Of a stretch of DNA of 64,000 nt, positions 1-12,998 are shown piece by piece. The notes below the pieces were generated by a model that did not search any database, was not told the DNA's origin, and was given only the letters and a program-made list of their open reading frames with translations. Position numbers and translations under genes: made by a program. Source of the DNA: Bigelowiella natans CCMP2755 (taxonomy: Eukaryota; Protista; Cercozoa); the NCBI GenBank assembly GCA_000320545.1, contig ADNK01000245.1, forward strand, positions 14,541 through 78,540, written 5' to 3'. Positions within the stretch are counted from its first letter, which is position 1. Each line of letters begins with the position of its first letter.

Positions 1-868
1 AGCGACGAAATGGCAATGTGGAGTAGTCGAAATCGATAGAGATGATTCTGATGTTACAGAGTCTACATATACGCCATAGATGAAGAGAAACCTTGTGATT
101 TTCACCCCTTTTTCTTTTGGTAGATTGATGGAAAAAGGAGTTTCTCAAGAGAACGAGCTTATTAATACCTGAGCCACATGAGAGACAACACCTGCGCAAC
201 TCCGGCCAGTGCCCCCTTAATATCAGGGAGAAGAAAGGTGAAAACACATGACATCAAGTCGAGCAAATACCATATCAGGCCTATTTGTAGTTGATCGAAC
301 ATACACGGACAATACATTCAGACTACCGATGTCCCTCCACCCAATGCCCTGCTCGCAGCTTTTTTGAAGATAGCTTGGTAGTCCACTGTTGCCCCCCCCA
401 CAGCCGCAGCTGCTGATGCTACATCTAGGATGTGGTTGGGGGAGAGAGGGACCTACAAACGTGTATGAAGAAGTATGCAGATGAGAAAGTGGAATTCTCT
501 AGAGTGCACTTTTCGCTTCTCCCCACGCCGTCACCTCAGAGTTTTCAACTCTGATCCCCCCTGCTGTAGACACATGAAGCTACAAGCACTACCAGATGAG
601 GCAGCTGATCTGGAAAGATAACAGCGTTGCATCGCACAGCGCCTGTGTGCCTACAACCGTCTCCACGTTGCAAGCGTGGCCGTGTTTCATCTTCCCTGTT
701 CCTCAAGAAACGTGGCGGTTTCGATAGCCTGAACCTGCTTCGGTGTTGCCGGGCGGGTGATTCTGCAACGTGAAGATGTTTATGGGATGTGGTCGATGGC
801 AGGAGAGCCACGGCCGCGAGAAGAGAGAGTAGATGGCGTGTGGCTCCGGGCAGCCGTGCACGTGCCAT
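1..868 (-). CDS. Mitochondrial-carrier (SLC25)-like algal protein with N-terminal signal/transit extension; 5' part only, continues off the window start
   Basis: Spliced reading MARARLPGATRHLLSLLAAVALL...VDYQAIFKKAASRALGGGTS|GALAGVAQVLSLMWLR| with GT-AG introns; matches the ALGGGxxGAxAxxxQVxSLMWLR first helix of an algal carrier-like family (recognised from memory). Confidence 0.7.
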
Positions 869-964
869 CCGGCCAACGACTGTGCTTGTTCCGACGACGA
901 ACATCATCGGGGACTTTGTTCCTTTGGATGTCAATCTGTGGATGTCGCAGGGATCATTTCATAA

Positions 965-1790
965 CGATTTTTCAATGAAGAGTTTTTGTGGCAGAAAGAT
1001 CCAAATTTTGTTGTCGCAAGAGCTGGAAACCAAGGAATCCAAGAAACATGGCCATGCACAACAGGACACTTCTCTGACCCCAACCCTGACCCTGACCCCA
1101 AAGAAATCGACAGGGCAGACGGACGCACTCCTTGCAGCTTGGCAGACTTGTCAGCCTCTGATGAAGTCAAAATCTTGATCAAGCAAGAGTGCGTCGGGAG
1201 ACGGATCCAGGTGTTGTTTGACAGAGCTAGAGAGACTCAACTGAATGGATTTGCACTCATTGAGTGCGGAACAATGGCGGGCGTTGGGAGCGCCTCTCAC
1301 TCTGCACGGACGAAGGAAAAGAAAAATGTGAGTCGTCGAATGGAGAGATTCGATTTCTTCAATGCTGAACGGATTTTTCACAACTCTAGACCTCTTTGAT
1401 GACTCCACATTCGATCGTTCGTGCAAACAACAGCACTGCACGTCTCACTGTGTCACTTGTGTTGCATGAACGTGCACACCGCATCCATTTTTGTGTGCAC
1501 GCCTCACACCATGTCCATTGTTGCGCAAGCGCGTCTACGTGAATGATCATTTCAGCTGCACAGCACTGCTAGACTGGCACATGTTGGAGCTGCTCCATTC
1601 TCACACGTCATTGATTGAGTCGTGATTGTTGCATTCCATGAGATGCTCGCTTGTGCATCTACCACATCAATGATTCAATTCAAAATCCAAGTTCAGTGTT
1701 TCTAGACACGGTGCATGGAAAAACACATGGCTCGCAAAGCTGCATTTTAGCATGATGTCTAGACATGAAATCAACACTTTGGAAGTAGTT
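965..1790. other. TpA-erased island 1, containing a Tyr-less decayed ORF (986..1399 +)
   Basis: Surviving TA between ~965 and ~1765 occurs only as CTAG (x5), CTAC (x2) and TTAG (x1); ORF has no Tyr codons. Confidence 0.85.
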
Positions 1791-2243
1791 CGTTATGCAC
1801 AATTTTCTCAATTTCTGAGATGAAAATCGATGATTGATTCGTTCTTAAATTTGACCTCATTCAAGCATGCATAGGCCTACATCTGTTGAGAATCGAAACA
1901 AAAATGCCAACACGCACCACTCATCTAGCTGTGAACATGAGCTTGCACGCATTTTGAGATGGCATCATGACGACACTGAAAACATTTTACACGTCCCAGC
2001 ACATGATCTTTATCTATGTGGTACCAAGTATAATGTCTTCTTCACTTCTTCATGTTTAGTTTGCTCTCAATGTCCCGCACGAGTTCGTCAAATTTAATTT
2101 TCGTTTTTTTTGCTTGAGCAGCACTTTTTTCTTTGACTACTTGAATTTTCTATTCAAAAGGAGAGAAAGAGAAACAACGGTAAATGTATGTAATTATATA
2201 ATAATCCCAAATTCCACACGAGCGTTGCAAATGAGTTTTGGAA

Positions 2244-4068
2244 TTAGGCGTACACCTGGTCGAATCTGCCATTAACCATTGGGCGGATGGTTATCATAAA
2301 ATCTGCTCTATTAATTGCTTGACCTGCAGCATACATTGAAAACATATAAATTAGTACCTCTCATTTAAAACCATCTTAGTAATACCTTTATGCTCAACGA
2401 ACGAGTCGAACCGAAGGTCTTCAATGAGGCATAACAAATGGGTGATGATCACACAATTGGACATAATGAAACATTTCTTTCTCCATACCTTCGTTTGAGA
2501 ATGAAGAATACTTGCGCAAAAACCTCCTTAGCCTCGGAAGTTCACTTTCGTCAACGACCTGTAAATCGAATGTTTAACAGTCTCATTTTTATTTCAACAA
2601 AATTTAACCTTATCAGATTCCCCTGCGTCCTGAAAATAACATCTGCATCTTGAAATTGTCTCACCTAAAATAAGCAAATCTCAACGGTCAATGTATAATT
2701 TTCGAATTTTGTGTGAAGACTTCGTAGCCACTCCAATTCTGCGATCTCATCTCCACATCGAATCTTTGTAGTAAATAAGAGCCAAAATACTATTATCATC
2801 AGCACCCAAATTCTGAACCATCCTACCTTCTCTTGTTCTTCTCGCAAGCTTTCGCGATCTTTCAGTGTATTTAGGGCGGTTCGCAGCATCTGTTCAAATA
2901 TCAAATGTCCAAAACTAAGAAACAAACGAATTCGCATAAATTTATGGCTGTTCCACCTTTGCTTCCATCTCTTCCAATCGCTTTAAGTCTTTCACGTCTT
3001 CATTTATTAGTTTACTAGCATCCTGCAATTATTTCTGACTCAGACAATTGAAGATTTATCATAACATTAGGGAGGCAACCTGAAGTTTCGTTTCTTGTCC
3101 TTTCAGTTTGTCGACATTTTCGTGCAGTTGCTTTCAGTAGAATGAACAAATGAGGAAACAAAGGAGATGGCAGTAAAGTTAATTGTAAAATACTTGATTT
3201 TGTTGCTCAAATTCTTTATTTCTAATCTCCATTTCATCCACCTCTCCTAAGATTGAATGCAAAGAAAATTATGCTGGAGTATTCATTCGCGGAATGTTAT
3301 TACCTTTCATGCTTTCGTAGGTTTCAAAGATTTTTGCTGCAGATTCTGCCAAAGCTGAGAAAATTAGAAAATAACTCGAGTTTATTAACCTGCAACAAAA
3401 ATGGAAGAATAGTGCTGCTCTACATTTTGTCGTTTCGTAGTTCCAAGTAAACGTAAAGCCAACGAGGGATACGAACAGCCAAATCGCTCCAAAGATAATT
3501 GGAAAGTTTGCAACTGGACTCAACTGTAGCGTGTACAATTCTGGTTTTACTTGTGAAAATTTCATGATTAGTGAGACGCACCTCATGCAAAGCAATACCA
3601 GCACATCCGGAAAGACATGCCAATCCAAAAAATACTCTCACTTTGTGCCTGTTGTACAGATGTCAAACAGTCTGTATGTAACATGAGTAAGGGTGCCAAG
3701 GGAACCATTGACAAGAAGGGAGTTTGAGGTCCTTTCCATCCAATTTCGCCTCTGTGGTCTCTATCTCTTCCTTTGTGGCTTTCTTATCGATCTTTGGTGC
3801 ATCGGCATCATTTGGTGCTTTAGAAGGTAGCTTAGAATCTTTTAATTAAATTTGATACCACACATGAGCAATGAAAAATGTGAGGAAAGAAATTTAAACG
3901 AAACAGACACTAGCATGTTCATGTCGAATTTCAACTGTTAATGCATCCACTAGAAAGAGCAGTAATGATTGGACCACCCTTACTAAGTAGTGTTCCCCAA
4001 TTTGTTATTTGTGATTCAAATAGAATTCAAAGGTACACTCTAGCTAACCCACATTTTGCGTCGGCCAT
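2244..4068 (-). CDS. Hypothetical multi-exon membrane/coiled-coil protein
   Basis: AT-rich exons bounded by GT-AG: TM segment FPIIFGAIWLFVSLVGFTF, coiled LRTALNTLKDRESLREEQEK, last exon GQAINRADFMITIRPMVNGRFDQVYA*; start uncertain. Confidence 0.45.
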
Positions 4069-4269
4069 TTGAAGAATTTGCACTCTGTACCAGCGCAGTT
4101 CGAAGCTTTTGTTCATCGAATGCAGTCGCACCTTAAATTCCGTCGAGAAAGAGTCGCGAAGATATTTTTGATGAGATTATTGAAACACCATCGAATTTTT
4201 AGTTGCGTCTAGATGCGTAGTAACATTTCCAGGAGTCCAGGAATGTTTCCAAAAAATGGATGACTGGTG

Positions 4270-5480
4270 AAAAAAGCACTGAACTCACTCTCTTTGCTCT
4301 GACAATTTCCTGTTCCAATGATCATGGTCGATTGCCAGTTTCTGCCACATGCAAATGCCTGTCTCCCATGTGGTTCTGGCGCATGTAGATTTGATCAATG
4401 CTTCATCACTTTTTCATTGTTCATTGTTCATCATTCAATGCCTGTCTCCAATGTGGTTTTGTTGTTCTGGCGCATGCACGTTTGCATCAATGTTTTGTTC
4501 ATTGTTTGTTGTTTGTTGTTCATCGAAACGGAACCCCAATTTTGCGCACTCTGGATCACGAATGCCATTCACAAAGAAACCACGTGTGTGCAGAGCCAGA
4601 GAGATGGCATTGCACCACTCACGCTAGCACGCTAGCACGGCTAGACGACCCAGACAAAGTGGGGGTCGGGAGCAAAGTGATGACAGGAAAATCGTTTGTG
4701 GCACAACTGCAGAACGCTGCACTTCCACGGGCTTTCACGTGGCTTTTTCTCACGCAAAGTGCACCACGTCTCACATCTTTCCAGAACTTGGGAAGAGAAT
4801 GGCAAACACACCTTCACGTCTTCGCTGGGATGTTTTCGGATTTGTTTTTGACAAGCGAACTTGCACCAAAAGCACATTGCTAGATTGGTTTGCCGGGAGA
4901 TTGACATCATGGCTTGCACCATGGGTGCCGCGTGCCAGCGTGTGAACTTGACACCTTGTGGGTGCAAGGTGTTGTGGACATGGCAACATGCACATTGTCC
5001 ATCACAGGTTTCAGAAGAACATCATGCTCTCATCAATGACAATTTCACACGTTGCATGTGCAAGGCGCACTCAATGAAGACAGGCACTTTTGAACACGTG
5101 AATGCTGAACGATGACTGAACAGAACGCACCTTGCGCAAAACAGGCACATCAACGAGTTGAATTCTAAGCTTGTCTAGCTGTGCACCCCGTCTAGCCGTG
5201 ACTAACTTTTGCGTTTTCCAATGGTCCAAGAATGTTTCAACTCGATCCTCTGTAGCTCCATCCAGGGTCATTGCGTCTGCACAGAGATCCCATGATGGAC
5301 TTGTGAACAGGATTCTCACACAACCCAAATTCAGCTGGAACAACATGCTACAAGGGCTAAACCATTCGAATTGCAAACACATTCGCCATGCCATCATGAT
5401 GACAAAAAAAAATCGAGTTTGAATGATTGGCAAGGGTGGCAGAAATCTTGAATCTTTGATTCTTCCTGGTGACATATTCT
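4270..5480. mobile_element. TpA-erased island 2: decayed repeat/foreign-element remnant
   Basis: TA survives only as CTA-/-TAG; carries a dispersed repeat (4341-4410, variant 4436-4492) also found at 36863 and 37010; Cys/His-rich Tyr-less ORF fragments on both strands. Confidence 0.65.
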
Positions 5481-5499
5481 TTCTGGCGGCATAGCTAGA

Positions 5500-8124
5500 C
5501 TAGGTGGTACTAACTTTAGAATCGCCATCCCTTGGCACAGTTTCTTTCCGACAAAGTTGAAGAATGACTGAGGCGACAGCTTTTCCCAATATCTCGTAGC
5601 CATTAGCGCCATCACCAGCGTAAGGAATGCTAACATGACAGAAAAAAAAAGGTCCGGAACCGAAAATGGGAGGTGACCACGGGATTTTGAAGAGTAAAGA
5701 GAATCTATAAGTAAAGTCAAGAGCAACAAGAAATCGAGGAGAGTGACATATAGAATACACAGTAATTACTGGAGGAAGTAAGCGGCACGAAGTCTCGATT
5801 TCTTTGACTCGCGACTATGTCTGCATTAGTGTCATAGCATTTATGATTTGCGCTCATTCGTATATTAGCTCATTTAGCGATTTGATGCGCACGCGTGCGC
5901 GTACAGCGTCAAACTATCGTCCAAATAGTGTACGCGTTGACATATTATTGCGATAATATATTATTCTGCAACCGTAAGGCCTGGAGAGCCCGATAATGAA
6001 CCTCGTTGCATAGATACGCGTTGTCGTCCCTAGCCCCTATACTCTTGACCTGATAAAAATCACAAAATTAGTGATGTTTTACCGAGTTTGTGTTCATGGA
6101 ACAACAAGTAAACCGCAGGTAGCGTGAAAGAAGCCGTTTCCCATCTCAGGAACATGTGAAAGGTTTATTCTACGACGGAGCTAAAATGCCCGATGATGAT
6201 TGTGGAAAAGATCTTCGAGGGAGTTATTAACTACATGTTTAATATGTCGTTATATGCTCGAGATGATTCTGAACACTCTCATATCTTCGTTGACTAACCG
6301 TAAACGAGCCGAAGTGGGCGTTGTTCATGCTCTTCACATTTTTCGTCATCTGCTCATCTCTACGAAAATAAGCAGCTTGGTCTTTACGACGAATGAGTGA
6401 GGAAGAGGAGATGGTGTCATGTTTCAGGTAGTGGAGGTGCATAAATCTCGTCGACGTCTAACGAAGAGGGACATCATCATCGCGCTTGGCGAGGAAGAAT
6501 GTAAGTCATCTTATCTCCCTGCTGCGTTTTGTTTTCCCGACCTTAAGTGAGACCCTGCTGGCTTTGCTTTGTCGATCAAGTCCGATGGAGGTTTAGTTCC
6601 TGAAATGAAATGAATCTCATCAGTGCGTGGCAGTAGCAGTGGCAGTAGCAGTAGCAGTAGCAGTATCAGTAATTAGCCCCGCAATCGGCAATTTTTCCGT
6701 TTGGGCGTCAAGCTTGTTGTGCACTTTGCTTGTTTTGATAAGGCTTTTGCATTTGGTTACATCGACTACGTGTAGCCCCTTCCCCACCCAAACTCAATTT
6801 TTGGGGTTCTGTATATATGTCCCCTGAAGTCTACTTTCAAACAATCGTCGTTTCCTTATCATTAGTTCGTATCATCTTCGCTACCTTGGGCGTCGGCTTT
6901 TCTCCTGAGATTTACTGTAATAATAATAACAGTAACAATATTAAGGATTATATCAGAACTATCTACCATAGGCTCACAGCGCATCTGGACAGTTGTGAAT
7001 TAGCTATTATAACAAGAGCAATGCCAGAGGATATTAGTGGTGGCAGTAGAGAGGAGAGGGTACAAACAAAAAGGACTAAGAAATTGAACCCTCTTCTCGA
7101 AATATCGTAGGTGTTTCCGCCCCAGTGGAGATTTACAAAGCGTCATCCATTATTATTAAATGATCAGGTGTGGCAGCAGCAGCAGAAGGCATGCCTGCTC
7201 CGTCTTCCAAAAGCATCCCATCCAACTTATCGTACACCCCTAGCCCAATATGAATGGCCACGTCGTAGCTGTAGGGAAAGGGGGTGATACTTCCATCACT
7301 CACAGGTTTACATGCCACTCTAGAGAGGGAAAACACAACAGCAGTAGTGGTGCGAGAGCAACTAGAGGGAGATATGACAACAAGCGATAAATCAGTAAAC
7401 TACGAGTACCTGGATAAGCTGACGACCCCGAAGGATGCCCCCCAAATAACGGGAAGGACTTGAAAGCTAAACTCCCAGTCAGCAGGGCACTCTAACAAAT
7501 ACACGTAGGGTTAGTGGTGAAGATGATTGTGATTTATGCGGTAGGACAGATCTTGAACGAAGCCTGAGATGATATATACCTTTGTTTAGAATCCGAGGTA
7601 GGACGCCTTCAAGTGACACTGGGGGGCTGAAGTATTGATCATGTATCTATACTCATGCCAAATATTCAGAGCGTTTAGGTATTCTCCTCCTTCTTCCACT
7701 CGTCCACCCCTCTCTCAAGTCATATGCTGGTATTAGGCAGAGACACACATACGCTGACCTCTCGCAGGAGCCCCCTACTAGCAAACGACCGCTTGGGTTA
7801 TCACGCACGCGCCAAATATTCATCCTTTCGTTTTTAAACCTTAGTAAAAAAAATCATCAAATCAACTTAACGATTGGCAGCAGCCTGCGTGGAGCCAACT
7901 TTGCCCATCTGACCTCCAATCACAGAACCCGGTCACCAGAACTCGCAGACTACGCTTAGGGCAGTCTGTCGAAGTCTTCGCGTCATCGCCCCCTCCTTTA
8001 TTATGTTGGAAGAGGACAAAAATTAAAGCGATGTAGCAGATGAAAGAAATGGGCGTAGAATTTATTCACCAGCAGATGGGGAGGAGAGATGGACTCCCAT
8101 TGGTTTTACGATCTCAGGCTCCAT
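5500..8124 (-). CDS. Pyroglutamyl-peptidase I family (peptidase C15-like) protein, about 11 exons
   Basis: Spliced motifs LRVLVTGFCDW...DNPSG, FQVLPVIW, YDVAIHIGLG...LLEDGAVN, ARDDNAYLCNEVHYRAL, AAYFLHIPY give the Glu-Cys-His triad. Confidence 0.85.
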
Positions 8125-8459
8125 TCAAGGAGCACTGTCTGCTGCAAGAAATTAAAAACCTAAGTTAGCGTATCCGACTAAATTTATTCAAAAAATTGCT
8201 TGAATTTGATCCTGCGACATCATAATTTGGATAGATTTCCCTTTAATGCCCTTTTTCGAATCGCCGAAGGGGATCTGTGATGTCTGAGGACGATTCCCGA
8301 AGACCACCACCCCCTCATTTGGCGATCGAGAGAGATCATTTAGAACGGGGTTCAGGATGGATCATAAATACGATGACCTCCACCTCCACCAAAAGTAGGA
8401 ATTAGAAGCTCGCTCGTGTCTGCCACATTGTTCGACAGCTGGAATGAAGTCACCGAGTC

Positions 8460-8960
8460 CTTGGAAGTTTGTCCTCATGTCACACTCACAGGCGGTGCAT
8501 GCTCGCACACGATTGGTGTGTTGGTGTGGCTACACTGTGTTCAGGAATCAGAAGAATCAGAACAACGCTGCACGTAACGCACAATGTGTCCAGTGTCGCC
8601 CAACCTCTTGACCTCGTCGATCACGCACGCCCGCCACGTGCCTTCATGGCAAGTTGCATCGCATGCGAGAAATTGCGGTGCATCAGTGCGATGTTGCATG
8701 CATGCTGCAATGCATATGCAGCTAGTGAAAGCGTCGAATTTCAAGCTCTAGAATGGACACATCATGTAGCACCGATAGTACCACATGTTCATCTCTACGT
8801 CGCGCTCTTTGCTACGACATGCAGCACACGGGCGGATGGAGACATGTCGATTAGTCGCGCAAATCGCAGACATGTCGTGCACACCATTTGGCCACATCAC
8901 AGCGTCATCGGCGCACAGCTATCATGGCGAACACGCTTCTCACGACCAAAAAAAAAGGTG
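8460..8960. other. Partially TpA-depleted island 3
   Basis: TGCA/CATG-rich; most surviving TA in CTA/TAG contexts. Confidence 0.6.
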
Positions 8961-9088
8961 TGCGCCCTCACCAGTAAGTAATGGCTTCACATTTCTATGC
9001 AGTTCTGCAATGCATGCAAATACTTGCACATTGCCACTATGGTTCAAGTTGTCATGTTACTCATTACAGCATGGGAGAGGATTAGGCA

Positions 9089-9763
9089 TTACTGCAGCTT
9101 TTCATCATCCTCCATTGCTGCCGGACTTGGCGCTGTACTTGTAAATGGGACGGTCGACGTGTACATGTGCACGGCCGACGGAGTTGTTGCCCTTATGTCT
9201 CTAACTTCCATATCGCACCCGACAGGAGTAAACTAACAAAATTATAATATTTCAAGAATCTGGTTGCAAACTCTCTGAATTGTGGTTGCTCATCTAGCGT
9301 GACAGTCACCTGTAGATGGCCGAACTTCAAGCTGCTATCTTGATGGATGGCAATGCAATGGCCATTATAGTAGTCTTTTCAACATTACATGTAGGAGAAA
9401 CAGAAGTCAAACGTCAAGCAATGACAACAGGTCAAATATCACTAAAGTTTTTGTAGCCCCGATCGCCTCTCCCCCCAGCCCGAATATCGGCTATAGATTT
9501 CGGCATTAGCTATTGTGCATCTTTCGGATATGACGACGATTACGAGATGGAAAGAATTGGGGGTTTCGGTACACATCTGCATAGGCAGCATGCATGTGCA
9601 TACTATGCACACGTCTCAACGTACATCGGACTTGGCCGTTGGCTAGGGCATCAATTCGAATGGTGTGCCACTCGACGTTTCTCCTATACCACACAGCCAT
9701 AAGACATTCATAGCACTCCGTCATTGATGGCCAACGATGAGTCTTTGATTTAGCGCGCGGCCG

Positions 9764-9805
<42 letters not shown>

Positions 9806-10436
9806 ATTACCATCATCATAATCATCATCATTATCATTCCTATCGTCTTCTCTCGCAACCTACCCTACAGTGATGCGGTCTTCCTGGCCGTTTGGGCTGA
9901 CGATTCTAACTTTGTTTCCGTACGCTCCCGACTCGATGGCATATCCCGATGTTGCGCCATAATCTGTTGAAAAGTAAACAATGATGAGTTACACTAGATG
10001 GAGATGAAAATACGTTGGCAAATTCCGACCTTACATCGGTATTGAGGCAGATCCAGCAAACGACATACACACACAGACGCACGCACACGCACGCACACAC
10101 AGCAATTGATTCGAAGAGCTAAAACATCCACTCCCTAGATCTATTATCGTGCTATTGGAGGAATGGGGGTTAAGCGACCTGTCGCGAATAGGGTCATACT
10201 AATCTCCGTAGATATCGTGGAGGGCAGTGAGGAGGAGGAGGATGATGATGATGAGGAGTGATGAGAGGTGGCTGAGAGCCGATTACGATGAGGAGAATTC
10301 AAAGACGAAACGCCATTCGTTGACCCTGACGACTTGACGGCACAGCGCACATAGGCCTCGACGCTGATCGGTCGCCTGAACGTCTGTTTACTCCGGAAGA
10401 AATGACCAGGAGTGATCCTGCAAATCCATTTAAATA

Positions 10437-10472
<36 letters not shown>

Positions 10473-11860
10473 GTATAAATATGATACGAAATATGCTCCA
10501 CGTGTTGATGTACAAAGCTTACGATGACGGCTTATCTACCTAATGCCTGACTCTACGGGAAGACCAACGCCATCCCAATCACGAGATCCAAGCCCCCTGA
10601 GCACCATTTGCTGCTGCTGCCCCTTACCACTCCCGAATGCTGATGCAATTGGCGCAGGGCGGGAGGGAGAGAAGGGAGACTTCTTTCCATCGGCCACTTC
10701 CTCATGCTCCTCCTCGCCTTGGTGCCGTTGCTGGGCAATTCCATCCTGGAATGCATTCTCAGCCGTCATCAGCGAAAAGGGCTTTCCTTCTCCGAGTATA
10801 GACACTCCTTCAACGGAGTGAGGGGCATCTGACCCTTCTCCTGACGAGGGAATGAACGGGTTGTAGGCGCTGAAACGGCGGCGTGTGGCGCTCGCGCTGC
10901 TGTTGAGTTCGTGAGCTCTCGTGTACCCGTGGAGGGAGACGACGCTGCGTAGCTTGATGTACTCCTGGCGGTATATCTCAGCCTCATGCTGATTAAGCAG
11001 TAGCAAAAACAAAGGAAAGGGGGGGGGCTTCAAATCTACCACACATACAGATAGGGGCCGGTAGCACGTACAACCTGTGCCTTCTCCTTCGCAATAGCCT
11101 GATCTTCTATTTCCGCATATAGCATCCGGATATGCTCGGTCATCTCGCCTGCACGACGACAACATAACAATGTCAATCAGCACGTTTTTGGCCTGGCGTA
11201 GCGAGAATGTTGTTAATTAAGCGTTTACGGGAAAGTGCTTGGACGGAGCCTGGGCCCATTTGTGCTCCATTTCCCTCCTCCCCGATCACACGACCGCTGG
11301 GTTTCGTGGACACCTGTGACAAGGGGTGGGGGTCAGCCTTGTTATTGCGGTGCATAGAATGAAAAACCGAACGAAGACGGGGTTAGGAGCCAATGTTAGA
11401 ATACTTGCTTCTTTCAATTCTTCGGACAATATGTACATCATGCAGTTTTATCTAATACTACCCTCCTTCCAGTCTCTATAGATGACTGGCTTGTTATGCA
11501 TCAGTCGCTTGCCCCCCACCCCTCTACAACTCTCCCTCTGGCTGCCACCTTTCCACAAAGAAGGTCGCGGAGTACGACCATATTCTTGATGCTATGCTGA
11601 AAGTTTAACTCGGACTTCAACAAGTCTTTCTCGATAACTTGGTTCTGATAAGAAGAAGGAGCCCGGGGAAGGGGAAGAGGGAAGGAGGTGTTGGGTCAAC
11701 CTCGCTGTTTGATTTCAGGCTAGCACTGCGGGCATTGGAGTAGAGTGTGCTTGCGAGTGTGTGTCTGTGTGTGTGTGTTATGTGCCTTTTTTTCTGTGTC
11801 TAAGACTGCCAGATTCCGCTCTTGAATTGCCCTCCTGTGTTATCGATCGACAAACACAAA

Positions 11861-11930
<70 letters not shown>

Positions 11931-12053
11931 CTTTTATGCATGTGTTGCTGCATTTTCTGTTATATCGGGTCATGCCCCACCTCAGATGCTGGTTCTCCGA
12001 ATCCAAATGCTTTACGCCGCCTGTTGGTGATGGATATATCCGATGAGGGGGGG

Positions 12054-12097
<44 letters not shown>

Positions 12098-12512
12098 CGG
12101 ACAAATAAATCAGCAACGAAATGACACGAAACACCTTTCATAATACTCACATCTATCCGTAAAAAACTAATGCATGCGCTCTCCAAGTGCTCTACGACCC
12201 CACAAGAACAATGCAGCAGCATTATTATGCCCTAGTCAACCGTCTTTATCATCACTATATGATACTGACGTGGATGGTAAGTCATGCATATCTCCAAATC
12301 GCTAAGCGACGACCTGCAATTTCTCGGCAGAATGATAGCATTCGTTTCGCATCCTTGGCAACGTCAGACGCAAGGCCCATCTGCGAAAAGATACTATCTT
12401 AAGCGGAGACGACGCTCACTCTTGTTGGTAGATTGGAGAATGTGCGCTAAAAGTTAATCCAAAAATGCTGACAAATTTTACTCGGGGAGATATCGTGTTG
12501 CTTCGCCCAAAG

Positions 12513-12550
<38 letters not shown>

Positions 12551-12956
12551 TTATTAATATATGTATATCAATATATCTATATTATATATATATCCCGTGA
12601 TAGTGATAATCACTTCACGGCTCCAGTATGGCACCAATTCGGTTCCAAATATTCTATTTTTTTAAAAAATCTCTCCTTCGAGAAGTGAGACTTAGGATTT
12701 CCCTTCTGTGGACTTTTCTTATGCGTGTTTCGGAGAACAACCGACCCCTCTTGTCAATCACCTTTTCGCTATTATGCCATTGACGTATCTTCGGTGTGAG
12801 GCCTGCAGCTGACATTGGTCTATACATAGCGAGAAGTCGGCGCAAGGATTCCTGAGGAGGCAGATTCGTCGATTAATTCTATGAGCAGCAGCAGAGCGCT
12901 TGTCTTATTTCTTTGTTGGTTTGTATGCGAGTTAATACAACGCTGAGAGAGGGAGG

Positions 12957-12998
<42 letters not shown>

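Noticed and set aside
545-868. Apparent leftward extension of TpA island 1
   Set aside because: This is the GC-rich 5' coding region of the carrier-like gene; low TA is explained by coding bias.
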